Part shown: positions 1 through 10,002 of the stretch, one piece after another
Position numbering within the stretch: position 1 is the first letter of the stretch
Layout: the number at the start of each line of letters is the position of its first letter
Source of the DNA: Clostridia bacterium
GTDB lineage: Bacteria > Bacillota > Clostridia > Christensenellales > QALW01
Assembly (NCBI GenBank): GCA_045601365.1
Contig: JAZRZN010000002.1
Coordinates: forward strand, 20,376-84,375
Reading direction: 5' to 3'
Length of the DNA stretch: 64,000 bases
The notes under the pieces: model-generated
The model's database searches: none
The model's input: the letters and a program-made list of their open reading frames with translations, nothing else
What the model was told of the DNA's origin: nothing
Made by a program: the position numbers and the translations under genes

Positions 1-348
1 TTCGGTTCACAGATATTTGAGGACAATATCGTTACCGTGTGCGGAAAGCTGAGCATCCGCGACGAAGAACAGCCGACCGTGCTGGCAGATGCGATATATC
101 CGGCACAGGAGGACGGTACGGAGGAAAATGCCAGCGTTTTTATCCGTGTCGATGACGAAAACGATGCGCGTCTTAACGACCTGAAGGCGCTTATGCCGCA
201 TATAAAGGGCGGCGCTGAGGTCATTATCTATTATGAAAAAAAGCGCATGAAGCAGAGGATTTTGGCGGGAATAGACGCGAGCGAGAAGAATATTTCACGC
301 ATAAATGCGATATTCGGCTCGGAAAATGTAAAAAAAGTAAAAAAATAA
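1..348 (+). CDS. dnaE: DNA polymerase III alpha subunit (DnaE), C-terminal end; 5' part lies outside the window
   Basis: Frame 1 is open from nt 1 (FGSQIFEDNIVTVCGKLSIRDEEQP...). It resembles the C-terminal OB-fold/tail of Firmicutes DnaE. dnaE-pfkA adjacency is common in Clostridia. Pattern recollection only. Confidence 0.6.
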   Translation, partial: FGSQIFEDNIVTVCGKLSIRDEEQPTVLADAIYPAQEDGTEENASVFIRVDDENDARLNDLKALMPHIKGGAEVIIYYEKKRMKQRILAGIDASEKNISRINAIFGSENVKKVKK

Positions 349-424
349 GCTGATTTGCTGGTCAAAATCAAATAAAAATGGTATACTAAATAAATAACTT
401 TATGTATATGCCAAGGAGAATCAT

Positions 425-1396
425 ATGGAAAACGAAAAAAAGAAAATCGCAATATTGACAAGCGGCGGCGATGCACCGGGCATGAATGCCTGCATCCGCT
501 CGGTAGTCCGTAACGGAATATATAACGGCTTCGATATGGTCGGAGTAATAAAAGGCTACTACGGTCTTGTAAACAATGAAATGATCCCGATGGATAACCG
601 TTCAGTCGGAAACATCATCAACCGCGGCGGCACTATCCTGCGTACCGCACGCTGTCTTGAATTCAAGACCGAGGAAGGCGTAAAGACCGCGCTTAAAAAT
701 ATAGAGGACAACAAGATATGCGGCGTTGTCGTTATCGGCGGTGACGGCTCATTCAAGGGATGCCGCGCACTTACCGAAAACGGCATACCGGCGATAGGTA
801 TTCCCGGCACTATCGACAACGACCTTGCTTATACCGATTTTACGCTCCGTTTCGATACCGCGGTAAATACCGTACTTGAGGCAATAACCAAAATACGCGA
901 TACGATGGCAAGCCATGACCGCGTCAGCATCATCGAGGTAATGGGCAATAAGTGCGGTGATATAGCGCTTTATGCGGGACTTTGCGGCGGTGCGGAATAT
1001 ATCATCGTTCCCGAGCTTGAATGGAGCATCGAGGAGCTTTGCGCAAAGCTTGAGGCAAGCAAGGAAGCGGGCAAGACATCAAGCATCGTAGTAGTTGCCG
1101 AGGGTGCGGCAAAGGGTGCGACGCTTGCGGCGGAAATAAAGAAGAGAACCACCATGGATACGCGTGCTACGGTTCTCGGCTACATTCAGCGCGGCGGCTC
1201 ACCGAGCGCTACTGACGTTTTGCTTGCAAGCCGCTTCGGTACACACGCTGTCAAGCTTATCGCCGAGGGGATCGGCGGCAGATGCGTCGGCATCAAAAAC
1301 AACCGTATTTTCGATATGGATATTACCGAAGCGTGTGATCAGGTCAAAAAGGTCGATAAAGAGCTTTTTGATATCGCGCAGATACTTTCAAGATAA
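425..1396 (+). CDS. pfkA: ATP-dependent 6-phosphofructokinase
   Basis: 323 aa. IAILTSGGDAPGMNA, GGDGS and PGTIDND motifs. SD AAGGAGA lies 5 nt upstream. Confidence 0.95.
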   Translation: MENEKKKIAILTSGGDAPGMNACIRSVVRNGIYNGFDMVGVIKGYYGLVNNEMIPMDNRSVGNIINRGGTILRTARCLEFKTEEGVKTALKNIEDNKICGVVVIGGDGSFKGCRALTENGIPAIGIPGTIDNDLAYTDFTLRFDTAVNTVLEAITKIRDTMASHDRVSIIEVMGNKCGDIALYAGLCGGAEYIIVPELEWSIEELCAKLEASKEAGKTSSIVVVAEGAAKGATLAAEIKKRTTMDTRATVLGYIQRGGSPSATDVLLASRFGTHAVKLIAEGIGGRCVGIKNNRIFDMDITEACDQVKKVDKELFDIAQILSR

Positions 1397-1416
1397 AATA
1401 AACAGGTGGTCGGATA

Positions 1417-2424
1417 ATGATAAAGCTTATAATTGATGCTTTCGGCGGCGATAACGCGCCGGAGGAAATAGTTAAGGGAACAGTTGAAACATTAAAGGAA
1501 CGCGATGATTTTTCCGTTATCTTTACGGGACAGGAGGATAGGATAAAAGAAGAGCTTCAGAAGTATACCTATCCGACGGATCGCGTTGAGATAGTCGATG
1601 CGCCTGAGGTCATCGGCATGGAGGAGCATCCCGTTGAAGCGATACGCAAAAAGAAAAATTCTTCAATGGTCGTAGGACAGCTTCTGCTTAAGGAGAAAAA
1701 AGGCGATGCGTTCATCACATGCGGCTCTACCGGCGCGTGCCTTGCGTGCGCACAGCTTCGTGTGGGCAGAATAAAGGGCATCATCCGTCCCGCACTTGCG
1801 CCGGTGCTTCCGAATAACGGCAACGGACTTTTGCTTATCGACAGCGGCGCAAATATGGACTGCAAGCCGAACAATCTTGCACAGTTCGCGGTAATGGGCA
1901 GTATATACATGGAAAATGTCATGGGCATCGACCAACCGAGGGTCGGGCTTGCAAGCGTCGGCACCGAGGACACAAAAGGCAACGAGGTCTCCAAGGCGGC
2001 ACTTGAGCTTATTCGAAATCAGGGACTTGTCAATTTCGCAGGTAACGTCGAGGGACGCGATATCGTCGAGGGCGTTGATGTGTTCGTTGCCGACGGTTTC
2101 GCGGGCAATCTTATGTTAAAGGGCATCGAGGGCTTCGGCGAGCTTATGATAAACAAGCTCAAAACGGGGCTTACATCGTCACTTCGCTGTAAGCTCGGCG
2201 CTTTGCTCATAAAGCCCGTGCTTAAGGATATCAAAAAATCGCTTGATTATAACGCATTCGGCGGCGCACCGCTTCTCGGCATCGACGGTGTCGTTATCAA
2301 GGCGCACGGCTCGGCAAAAGCCAAGACGATGCACCCGGCTATAGATCAGGCGATCAAAATGGTTCAGGCGGATATCGTCGGTATAATCAAAGCAAATATC
2401 GACAAAATGTCCGTTGAGGAATAA
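1417..2424 (+). CDS. plsX: phosphate acyltransferase PlsX
   Basis: 335 aa. N-terminal IDAFGGDNAP and overall PlsX pattern. Conserved position upstream of acpP-rnc-smc. Confidence 0.9.
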   Translation: MIKLIIDAFGGDNAPEEIVKGTVETLKERDDFSVIFTGQEDRIKEELQKYTYPTDRVEIVDAPEVIGMEEHPVEAIRKKKNSSMVVGQLLLKEKKGDAFITCGSTGACLACAQLRVGRIKGIIRPALAPVLPNNGNGLLLIDSGANMDCKPNNLAQFAVMGSIYMENVMGIDQPRVGLASVGTEDTKGNEVSKAALELIRNQGLVNFAGNVEGRDIVEGVDVFVADGFAGNLMLKGIEGFGELMINKLKTGLTSSLRCKLGALLIKPVLKDIKKSLDYNAFGGAPLLGIDGVVIKAHGSAKAKTMHPAIDQAIKMVQADIVGIIKANIDKMSVEE

Positions 2425-2460
2425 AACGTCATTATATTTTATTTTTAGGAGGGAAACACG

Positions 2461-2688
2461 GTGTTTGAAGAAATCAGAGATCAGATCGCTGAACTTCTTG
2501 ATATTGACAGCGAAAAAATCACGGAAGAGAGCGATTTGATAACCGATCTTAAGGCGGATTCGATGGACATTGCCACACTGCTTCTTGAAGTGGAGGAAAA
2601 GTACGGCATCGAAATTGATGAGGAAGACCTTGATTCACTGAAATCGGTAGGAGACATAGTTAAATACATATCCGATAAAAAACAGTAA
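2461..2688 (+). CDS. acpP: acyl carrier protein
   Basis: 75 aa, acidic. GTG start after AGGAGGG. DSMD phosphopantetheine-attachment serine motif. Confidence 0.9.
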   Translation: MFEEIRDQIAELLDIDSEKITEESDLITDLKADSMDIATLLLEVEEKYGIEIDEEDLDSLKSVGDIVKYISDKKQ

Positions 2689-2695
2689 AGGGTTG

Positions 2696-2739
2696 GGCTG
2701 AAGGCTGATACATAGCTCCCTTCAGCCTGTATTTTATTT
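2696..2739 (+). terminator. stem-loop plus T-rich tract between acpP and rnc (partial terminator/attenuator)
   Basis: GGCTGAAGG (2696-2704) pairs with CCTTCAGCC (2719-2727), followed by tgtattttattt. Confidence 0.4.
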
Positions 2740-3408
2740 ATGAACGGTTTGGAAGAAAGAATCAGTTATGAGTTCAAGGATAAAACGATACTTGAGCTTG
2801 CACTCACACATTGCTCCTATTCGGCAGAGCATAACGTAAAAAACAATCAACGGCTTGAGTTTTTAGGTGATGCTGTGCTTGAACATGTGATGAGCGATTA
2901 CATATTCAATAATTTTCCCGATTACGATGAAGGTAAAATGACACGTTTGCGTGCATCAATAGTTTCCGAAGAGCCGCTGTCGTCGGCGGCTGAGCAAATA
3001 GGGCTTTCGGAATATGTTATACTCGGAGCGGGTGAAAGGACGAGCGGCGGTGCAAATAAGCCGAGCGTGCTTTCCGATACTCTGGAATCGCTTTTTGCCG
3101 CGGTATATCTTGACGGCGGTTATGCCGAAGCCGAACGTGTCATACTTGATGTGCTTTCGGAAATAATAGATAACCCCCGGGAAAGACCGTCGGATTACAA
3201 GACCGCGTTGCAGGAATATCTGTTCCGCAACGGTACGGTCAATGTACAGTACAGGCTTGTTTCGATGGACGGCCCGTCACACAATGCGGTGTTCACGGTC
3301 AATGTCTACTGCAACGGGAAGCTTCTCGGTACGGGGAGCGGATCAAATAAAAAGCGTGCAGAGCAGGCGGCGGCAAAACAGGCACTTGAAAAAAAAGATA
3401 AGTTATGA
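2740..3408 (+). CDS. rnc: ribonuclease III
   Basis: 222 aa. RNase III signature QRLEFLGDAVLE and a C-terminal dsRBD (KKRAEQAAAKQAL). Confidence 0.95.
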   Translation: MNGLEERISYEFKDKTILELALTHCSYSAEHNVKNNQRLEFLGDAVLEHVMSDYIFNNFPDYDEGKMTRLRASIVSEEPLSSAAEQIGLSEYVILGAGERTSGGANKPSVLSDTLESLFAAVYLDGGYAEAERVILDVLSEIIDNPRERPSDYKTALQEYLFRNGTVNVQYRLVSMDGPSHNAVFTVNVYCNGKLLGTGSGSNKKRAEQAAAKQALEKKDKL

Positions 3409-3420
3409 TGCGGAGGAACA

Positions 3421-6400
3421 ATGTTTCTTAAAAGGCTTGAGCTGTTCGGCTTCAAATCGTTTGCCGAACGGCTGGATATAACGTTTTCCGGCGGTATAAC
3501 CGCGATAGTCGGTCCTAACGGGAGCGGTAAAAGCAATGTCAGCGACGCGGTGCGCTGGGTACTCGGAGAACAGAGCGCAAAACAGCTTCGCGGCGCGAAT
3601 ATGGCAGATGTCATCTTCAAGGGTACGGAGAACAGAAAACCGCTCTCGTACTGTGAGGTATCGCTTGTATTTGATAATTCGGATAAGGGGCTTGACATCG
3701 AGTATTCCGAAGTCGTTATTACCCGCCGACTTTACAGGAACGGCGACAGCGAATACTATATCAATCGCAACGGTGTGCGCCTTAAGGATATCGTATCACT
3801 GTTTCAGGATACGGGTATCGGCAAAGAGGGGTATTCCATCGTCGGACAGGGCAAAATAGAAAATATACTTTCCGGCAAGCAGGATGAGCGCCGTGCGGTA
3901 TTTGAGGAAGCCGCCGGCATAGTCAAATACAAGACGCGAAAAATCGAAGCAGAGCGCAAGCTTGAGCATACAAGCGAAAATCTCGTGCGCATAAATGATA
4001 TAATCGAAACGCTTCAGGACCGTATAGAACCGCTTTCGGCGCAGGCGGAGACCGCAAAGGAATATATCGGTTTGCGTGAACAGCTCCGTAATATCGAGGT
4101 CAACTTCTACCTTGTACAGAATGAACTGTCGGTACAGCGCAGAAATGAATACGGGCTTCAGCTTGAAGGTATAGATCAGGAACGTGAGGAAAAAACACAG
4201 CACGTTGCCGCGATAGATGCCGACAGCGCTTCGGTGACGGAACAGCTCGGTAAAAAAGACGAAGAGCTTGCGGCGGTGCGCGCAAAGCTTTTGGAGCTTA
4301 CTGCCGGCAGTGAGAAGATGCAGGGCGAAGGCAAGGTCTTTGCGGAGCGCATCCAGAACATCAACGAACAGCTTGAGCGTGTGAAAAATGAGCTTGAAAG
4401 CAACGCCGCACGCAAAAAGTCGATGGAGGATGCGATAAACGGCGATTCGGATGCAGAAAGCGAAAAACAAAAAACGATAGATGCAAAGACTGCGGAAGCC
4501 GAAAAGCTTGAAAAAGAGCTTGCGGAGCGCGACGGTTGGCTTGAAGGTGAGAATGATGAGCTTGAAAAGCTGAAGGCTGAAATGCTTGCGAACATGAACA
4601 AGCTTTCCGATGTCAAGTCGGCAATAAGCCGTTATGAGGCGATGCGCGCAGGCATTATTCAGCGCAAGGAGAAAATAAATATCGCCGCGGAACAGCTTCG
4701 CCTGCAACGCACGGGAATAGAAGAAGCTCTTGAGGAGCAAAAAGGCGATACGGCAGAGTATGACCGCGAGAAAAACAAAATATCACAGGACAAAGACTCC
4801 TTGAAAACAAAGTGGCAGGAGCTTTATATAAAAAAAGACAGTGCATCGGAAATACTTTCGCAAAAAAAGGCGGAGCTTAATTCGGCACAGTCAAGATTGC
4901 GCGTGCTTGAGGACCTGAAACGCGATTTCGAGGGCTTTAACTATTCGGTAAAAAAACTGCTTACGAGAAGTGAGCAGGACGCAGACATGAAAAAACGCAT
5001 ATGCGGTGTTGTGGCACAGCTTATTGCCGTTCCGGAAAAGTACGAAACGGCAATAGAAGCCGCTCTCGGCAGTGCAATGCAGAATATCGTCACGCCCACG
5101 GAGGAGGATGCAAAGGAGCTTATTGAGTTTTTGCGCCGCAACGATGCCGGACGTGCTACGTTCCTGCCGATATCGGCGGTGCGCGGCAGAGGCATCGACG
5201 AGCGCGAGCGTGCGTCTATCCGCACCGAAGGCTGCTTCGGCGTTGCGTCGGAGCTGATATCATACGACCAAAAATATGACGGCGTTATCAAAAGTCTGCT
5301 CGGCAGAACGGTGATAACAGATGATCTTACAGTCGGTATCGCGGTTGCGCGCAAAACGGGACATTCGCTTAAAATAGTTACGCTCAAGGGCGACGTTATG
5401 AATGCAGGCGGCTCAATGAGCGGCGGCAGTATGCGCCAGAAGACATCGAGCATACTCGGCAGAGAACGCGAAATAGAGGAGCTTAAAAAGCAGATAGCGG
5501 AAGTTCAGAAGGGCATTACCGGGTTTTCCGATGAAATGGCACATTTCGACGAAAACTGCAAAAAGCTTGAATCGGATATCGCTGAATGCGACAGAAAGCT
5601 CCATGAGCTTGATATCAAGTTCGCGCACGATTTCGAAAAGCTTAATTCGCTCAACAATGATCTTAAGCAGAATAAGGATGCCGATAGCGAGCTTAAACTT
5701 GAAAATGAACAGCTTGACGATACGCTTAAAGAAATCGATACTGAGCTTGCAAATATAAATCAAACGCAAGGAACCGTCGAAAGCTCCAATACCGACGCAC
5801 AGACAAGCATAAATGCGCGTCAGGCGGAATATAACAGAAAACAGCTTGAGCGCGAAAAGCTTTACCAAAAGCTTACCGACGCGCGAATAGAGCTGAACGG
5901 CTTGGATAAAGAGCTTGAGGCGATGAAAAGCAACGCTCAGCGCATGGGCGAGCTGATAAAAAATCTTGAGGTTTCATCTCAAAAGCTTGAAAACGACAGA
6001 AAAATATATTTTGCTCAGCTCGATGCCGCGAAGCTTGAAATGGAAGAGAGCGCAACCAAAAACACAGAGCTTAAAAACGAGCTTGAACAGTATTCGCAAA
6101 AGGAAAAGGATGCCGAGGCGGAACGCGAAAAGCTTGATTCCGCGCTTAAGGAAAATGACTCCAAACGCAGACGCTTTGAACAGGAGATATACGACGCGGG
6201 CGAGCGCAGGCACAAGATAGAGCTTGCGCTTACAAAGGTCGATAACGATCTTTCGTATCTTGAAAACCGCATCTGGGAAGAATATGAGCTTACTCAGGCT
6301 ACCGCCGAGGAGTTCCGCGATCCCGAATTTAAGCTGACGGGCGCGCAGACGGAAATAAACAAGCTCAAAAAGTCAATAGCGGCACTCGGCAATGTCAATG

Positions 6401-6978
6401 TCAACGCGATAGAGGAGTATGTCGAAACAAAGGAAAAATTCGATACGCTTTCAAGTCAGCGAGATGACCTGCAAAAAGCCGAAGACGATCTTCACAATAT
6501 AATCGACGAGCTTACCAAAAAAATGGATAAGCAGTTCACCGAGCAGTTTGAGCTTATAAACAAGAATTTTACCAAAATATTCAGCGAGCTGTTCGGCGGA
6601 GGCAGAGCCGAGCTTAAAATGGAGCAGGCGGAAAATTCGCTTGAGGCGGATATAGAAATAGTAGCACAGCCGCCGGGAAAAAGCTTACAGCTCCTGTCAC
6701 TGCTTTCGGGCGGCGAACGTGCGCTTACCGCAATAGCGATACTATTTGCCATGATGAAGCTGAAGCCGACACCGTTCTGCATCCTTGATGAGATCGAGGC
6801 GGCACTTGATGAATCAAACGTAGGCAATGTCGCTTCGTATCTGCGCAAGTTCTCGGAGCAGACGCAGTTTATAGTCATCACGCACCGCAAGCCGACAATG
6901 GAGGAAGCGGACAGTCTTTACGGCGTGGCGATGGAGGAAAAAGGTGTTTCCAAAATAGTTTCGGTAAAGCTTACTTAA
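3421..6978 (+). CDS. smc: chromosome segregation protein SMC
   Basis: 1185 aa. Walker A GPNGSGKSN, long E/K/L-rich coiled coils, central hinge, LSGGERALTA signature, Walker B ILDEIEAALD. Confidence 0.97.
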   Translation: MFLKRLELFGFKSFAERLDITFSGGITAIVGPNGSGKSNVSDAVRWVLGEQSAKQLRGANMADVIFKGTENRKPLSYCEVSLVFDNSDKGLDIEYSEVVITRRLYRNGDSEYYINRNGVRLKDIVSLFQDTGIGKEGYSIVGQGKIENILSGKQDERRAVFEEAAGIVKYKTRKIEAERKLEHTSENLVRINDIIETLQDRIEPLSAQAETAKEYIGLREQLRNIEVNFYLVQNELSVQRRNEYGLQLEGIDQEREEKTQHVAAIDADSASVTEQLGKKDEELAAVRAKLLELTAGSEKMQGEGKVFAERIQNINEQLERVKNELESNAARKKSMEDAINGDSDAESEKQKTIDAKTAEAEKLEKELAERDGWLEGENDELEKLKAEMLANMNKLSDVKSAISRYEAMRAGIIQRKEKINIAAEQLRLQRTGIEEALEEQKGDTAEYDREKNKISQDKDSLKTKWQELYIKKDSASEILSQKKAELNSAQSRLRVLEDLKRDFEGFNYSVKKLLTRSEQDADMKKRICGVVAQLIAVPEKYETAIEAALGSAMQNIVTPTEEDAKELIEFLRRNDAGRATFLPISAVRGRGIDERERASIRTEGCFGVASELISYDQKYDGVIKSLLGRTVITDDLTVGIAVARKTGHSLKIVTLKGDVMNAGGSMSGGSMRQKTSSILGREREIEELKKQIAEVQKGITGFSDEMAHFDENCKKLESDIAECDRKLHELDIKFAHDFEKLNSLNNDLKQNKDADSELKLENEQLDDTLKEIDTELANINQTQGTVESSNTDAQTSINARQAEYNRKQLEREKLYQKLTDARIELNGLDKELEAMKSNAQRMGELIKNLEVSSQKLENDRKIYFAQLDAAKLEMEESATKNTELKNELEQYSQKEKDAEAEREKLDSALKENDSKRRRFEQEIYDAGERRHKIELALTKVDNDLSYLENRIWEEYELTQATAEEFRDPEFKLTGAQTEINKLKKSIAALGNVNVNAIEEYVETKEKFDTLSSQRDDLQKAEDDLHNIIDELTKKMDKQFTEQFELINKNFTKIFSELFGGGRAELKMEQAENSLEADIEIVAQPPGKSLQLLSLLSGGERALTAIAILFAMMKLKPTPFCILDEIEAALDESNVGNVASYLRKFSEQTQFIVITHRKPTMEEADSLYGVAMEEKGVSKIVSVKLT

Positions 6979-6990
6979 TAAGGAGTTCTT

Positions 6991-7932
6991 ATGGGTTTAT
7001 TCGGAAAAAAAGAAAACGGTGAGGGCAAGGAAAGCTGGCTCAAAAAGCTTGCCGGCGGACTTGCCAAAACAAAAGAGAATATATCAAGCAAGCTTGATGA
7101 CCTTGTAAAATATTACCGCGAGATAGACGATGAGTTCTTTGAAGAGCTTGAAATGATACTGATTTCGGCGGATATCGGCGTAAATGCTGCAAACAGCATT
7201 CTTGATTCGCTCAAGGCGCGTGTCAAGGAGGAAAAGACGGGCGACAGCTCACTTATACATTCGTATCTGCGCGACAGCATCCGCGATATACTCACTTCGG
7301 CGGAAAAGGATGAGGAAGAATCCTACCCGATGCTTATGCTTGTGACGGGCGTGAACGGTGTCGGCAAAACAACGGCGATAGGAAAGCTGGCAAATTATTA
7401 TATCAAATCGGGTAAAACGGTGATGGTCGCGGCGGCTGATACGTTCCGCGCGGCGGCGGTGCAACAGCTCGACGAGTGGGCAAAGCGGAGCGGCGCACAG
7501 ATGATCCGCGGCAGTGACGGCGCTGACCCGTCATCGGTCGTGTACGATGCCATTGCGAGCGCAAAGTCAAAAAAAACAGATGTCCTCATTTGCGATACCG
7601 CGGGAAGACTTCATAACAAGAAAAATCTTATGGATGAGCTTTCCAAAATAGGCAGGGTGATAGCACGCGAATACCCCGAAGCGAAAAGACAGAATATGCT
7701 TGTGCTTGACGCTACTACGGGACAGAATGCGCTGACACAGGCACAGGGCTTTTCGGAGGCTGTCGGCATAGACGGGATAATCCTCAATAAGCTTGACGGC
7801 ACTGCAAAGGGCGGCGTCGCCGTTGCGATAGCCAAGGAAATGAATATCCCGATAATGTATATCGGGGTGGGTGAGGGCATCGACGATCTTCGACCGTTCG
7901 ATGCCGATGAATTTGCAAAAAATATAATCTGA
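6991..7932 (+). CDS. ftsY: signal recognition particle receptor FtsY
   Basis: 313 aa. SRP-GTPase NG domain motifs GVNGVGKTT, DTAGR, NKLDG. Confidence 0.95.
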   Translation: MGLFGKKENGEGKESWLKKLAGGLAKTKENISSKLDDLVKYYREIDDEFFEELEMILISADIGVNAANSILDSLKARVKEEKTGDSSLIHSYLRDSIRDILTSAEKDEEESYPMLMLVTGVNGVGKTTAIGKLANYYIKSGKTVMVAAADTFRAAAVQQLDEWAKRSGAQMIRGSDGADPSSVVYDAIASAKSKKTDVLICDTAGRLHNKKNLMDELSKIGRVIAREYPEAKRQNMLVLDATTGQNALTQAQGFSEAVGIDGIILNKLDGTAKGGVAVAIAKEMNIPIMYIGVGEGIDDLRPFDADEFAKNII

Positions 7933-7934
7933 AT

Positions 7935-8201
7935 TTATTTGTATTTTGCGATGAACTGCTTTATGTCGTGCAACAGCAGTTCATCGCGTTTTTGTATTTT
8001 TGGCGAGCTGATATCAAGCAGGTACGACGGGTCAAGCTCAAGGATTTGGCATATCTGCCTGAATTGCTCAAGGCTCGGCTCTTGCAAGCCGCGTTCTATC
8101 TTTGAATAGTTGGATTGGTTCATCGGTATCTTTGCCGCCATTTCGCACTGAGTAATCCCCGCACTTTCGCGGGCAAATTTTATCTTTTCACCAAAATCCA
8201 A
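7935..8201 (-). CDS. XRE-family helix-turn-helix transcriptional regulator
   Basis: HTH_3 pattern (IKFARESAGITQCEMAAKIPMNQSNYSKIERG). The ORF track starts at 8252. However, TGtTATAAT followed by GGAGAGG lies inside that extension, so the TTG at 8201 (LDFGEKIKF) is the likely start. Confidence 0.8.
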   Translation of the reverse strand: MDFGEKIKFARESAGITQCEMAAKIPMNQSNYSKIERGLQEPSLEQFRQICQILELDPSYLLDISSPKIQKRDELLLHDIKQFIAKYK

Positions 8202-8245
8202 TATACTCACCTCTCCTTCGATTATAACATTTTTAACTAAAAGTA

Positions 8246-8274
8246 TTGACAAATAGTTTATAATTATATATAAT
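8246..8274 (+). promoter_or_regulatory. consensus sigma-A promoter for the LRR/cohesin/dockerin gene
   Basis: TTGACA (8246-8251), 17 nt, TATAAT (8269-8274). It overlaps the divergent XRE promoter region. Confidence 0.6.
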
Positions 8275-8328
8275 AGTTAAAAATACACTAAACGTGTGTT
8301 TTGAAAAATAATTTTTTGGAGGAAAAAG

Positions 8329-9894
8329 ATGAAAAAGAACTTGCTTAGGCAGGCAATGTCCCTGTTGCTTGCGGCGGTGCTGGTAGCATCGTGTCTGTTT
8401 GCCATAAATGTGGCGGCAGAAGGGGAAAACATTGTACAGGGAACGACGGGAAGCATCAAATGGGTGTTGGATTTAGACAGATATGTGCTTACCTTAAGTG
8501 GCACAGGTGAAACAGACGGATACTATAATGCAATTAAGGGTTCGTTTTATGACAGACCTTGGCAAAACTATTTAGCGCACATTGAAAAAATTGTTGTAGA
8601 AGAAGGAGTTACAAGAATAGGCAGCGCTTGCTTTTGCGATTGCAACCAATTAGTATCGTTAAGTTTGCCGAGTTCACTTAAGAGCATCGGACGCGCAGCG
8701 TTTAGCAGTGATATACGTTTGGGAAGTATTGATTTGCCCAAAGGACTCACATCAATAGAACCATATGCATTTGAAAATTGCCAACGTTTGAGCGGAAAAC
8801 TAATTATTCCGGGAGTTCTTAATATTGGAGATACTGCTTTTTCAAATTGTACAGCCTTAACAGATGTAGTCATTTCACGCGGAACAATTTCGGTGGGCAG
8901 TGCCGCATTTGACGGTTGTACAAGTCTTAAAACCGTAACCTTGTCGCAAGGGGTTGTCAGCGTTGGCGAAAAAGCTTTCGGTAGTTGTTCCGCGCTTACC
9001 GATATCTATTACGGCGGAACTGAGGACGAGTGGAGCGATATTTCGATAAATGCTACGGGCAACCAATATTTCAATACCGCTACAAAGCATTTCAATGTTC
9101 ATGACCACAGATACATAACCGAGCGTGTTGAGCCGGATTGTACGCATACGGGTGCGGAGGTCAAAACCTGCGCCGAGTGCGGCGAAAAGATAACAAATAT
9201 CATCCCCGCGACAGGACATTTTTACGGCGAGGAGATCGAGGGTGTAAAGTCATGTATCGTCTGCGGACATGTTCAGGTGCATCCTGTTGAAATAACCGTC
9301 TGCGATGCGCGTGCCAATAAGGGACAGGTCAAAGTGCCGATAACACTTGATTATAACCCGGGGATATCGACCTTGCTTCTTAAGATAGGCTACGACAGCG
9401 AGGTATTCACGCTTTCGGAGGTCATCGACGGCGAAATACTCGGTGAAGCCGTTCACAGCGATAAGCTCACTGCCGACCCGTATACGCTTTCGTGGGAAAA
9501 CGACCTTTCGACCACGGATATTCCCGCTACGGGAGTTATCGCAACACTTGTGTTTGACATCAAAGAAGAAGCCGTGATGGGCAATTACAATATTACCGTA
9601 ACAAAGGGACAGGCGGCGAACAGTGCGCTTGAACTGTTCGAAACTTCATGCACCGACGGTACTGTGCGCTTCGATGCCAAGCTGATAGGCGATATCAATG
9701 ACGACGGCGAGGTCACACCTGCCGACAGAATGATGCTTTCGCGCTTCATCGCCGATTGGGATGGTTACGATACGACAACATGCAATATCCATGCCGCCGA
9801 TGTCAACGGTGACGGCGAGGTCGATGTCATTGACCGTATGATACTCGCGCGTTTCGTTGCCGATTGGGAAGATTATAAGGTATATTTTGAATAA
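8329..9894 (+). CDS. secreted BspA-type leucine-rich-repeat protein with cohesin-like domain and C-terminal type-I dockerin
   Basis: Signal peptide (MKKNLLRQAMSLLLAAVLVASCLFAINVAA). About 23-aa LRR units (IGxxAFxxCxxLxxVxLPxxL). A Cys-rich linker. Cohesin-like block (VKVPITLDYNPGISTLLLKIGYD...). Duplicated Ca-binding dockerin segments GDINDDGEVTPADRMML / ADVNGDGEVDVIDRMIL. Confidence 0.75.
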   Translation: MKKNLLRQAMSLLLAAVLVASCLFAINVAAEGENIVQGTTGSIKWVLDLDRYVLTLSGTGETDGYYNAIKGSFYDRPWQNYLAHIEKIVVEEGVTRIGSACFCDCNQLVSLSLPSSLKSIGRAAFSSDIRLGSIDLPKGLTSIEPYAFENCQRLSGKLIIPGVLNIGDTAFSNCTALTDVVISRGTISVGSAAFDGCTSLKTVTLSQGVVSVGEKAFGSCSALTDIYYGGTEDEWSDISINATGNQYFNTATKHFNVHDHRYITERVEPDCTHTGAEVKTCAECGEKITNIIPATGHFYGEEIEGVKSCIVCGHVQVHPVEITVCDARANKGQVKVPITLDYNPGISTLLLKIGYDSEVFTLSEVIDGEILGEAVHSDKLTADPYTLSWENDLSTTDIPATGVIATLVFDIKEEAVMGNYNITVTKGQAANSALELFETSCTDGTVRFDAKLIGDINDDGEVTPADRMMLSRFIADWDGYDTTTCNIHAADVNGDGEVDVIDRMILARFVADWEDYKVYFE

Positions 9895-9909
9895 ACGCTT
9901 AAAAAGTGC

Positions 9910-9938
9910 TTGACAAAAAAACGCATATGTAATATTAT
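9910..9938 (+). promoter_or_regulatory. sigma-A-like promoter upstream of the RAYT gene
   Basis: TTGACA (9910-9915), 17 nt, TATTAT (9933-9938). It lies inside the ORF-track N-terminal extension, which argues that the extension is not coding. Confidence 0.5.
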
Positions 9939-9940
9939 AA

Positions 9941-9970
9941 CGGCTGTAAAACATTTTTGCTTTACAGCCG
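9941..9970. repeat. perfect 10-bp inverted repeat with 10-nt loop
   Basis: CGGCTGTAAA acatttttgc TTTACAGCCG. It could be the terminator of the LRR gene or a 5' hairpin of the RAYT transcript. Confidence 0.6.
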
Positions 9971-10002
9971 TTGTTGTGCTTTGCGGGGCAGTAAATGATA
10001 TT

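Noticed and set aside
3796-4740. 314-aa minus-strand ORF and other antisense ORFs within smc
   Set aside because: These are artefacts of the repetitive GAA/AAG/CTT-rich coiled-coil coding sequence of smc, which keeps the opposite strand open.
9910-10002. N-terminal 31-aa extension of the RAYT ORF (track start at 9910)
   Set aside because: The extension begins at the TTGACA of a promoter-like element and runs through a perfect hairpin. Family members start near the RKPxRL segment.
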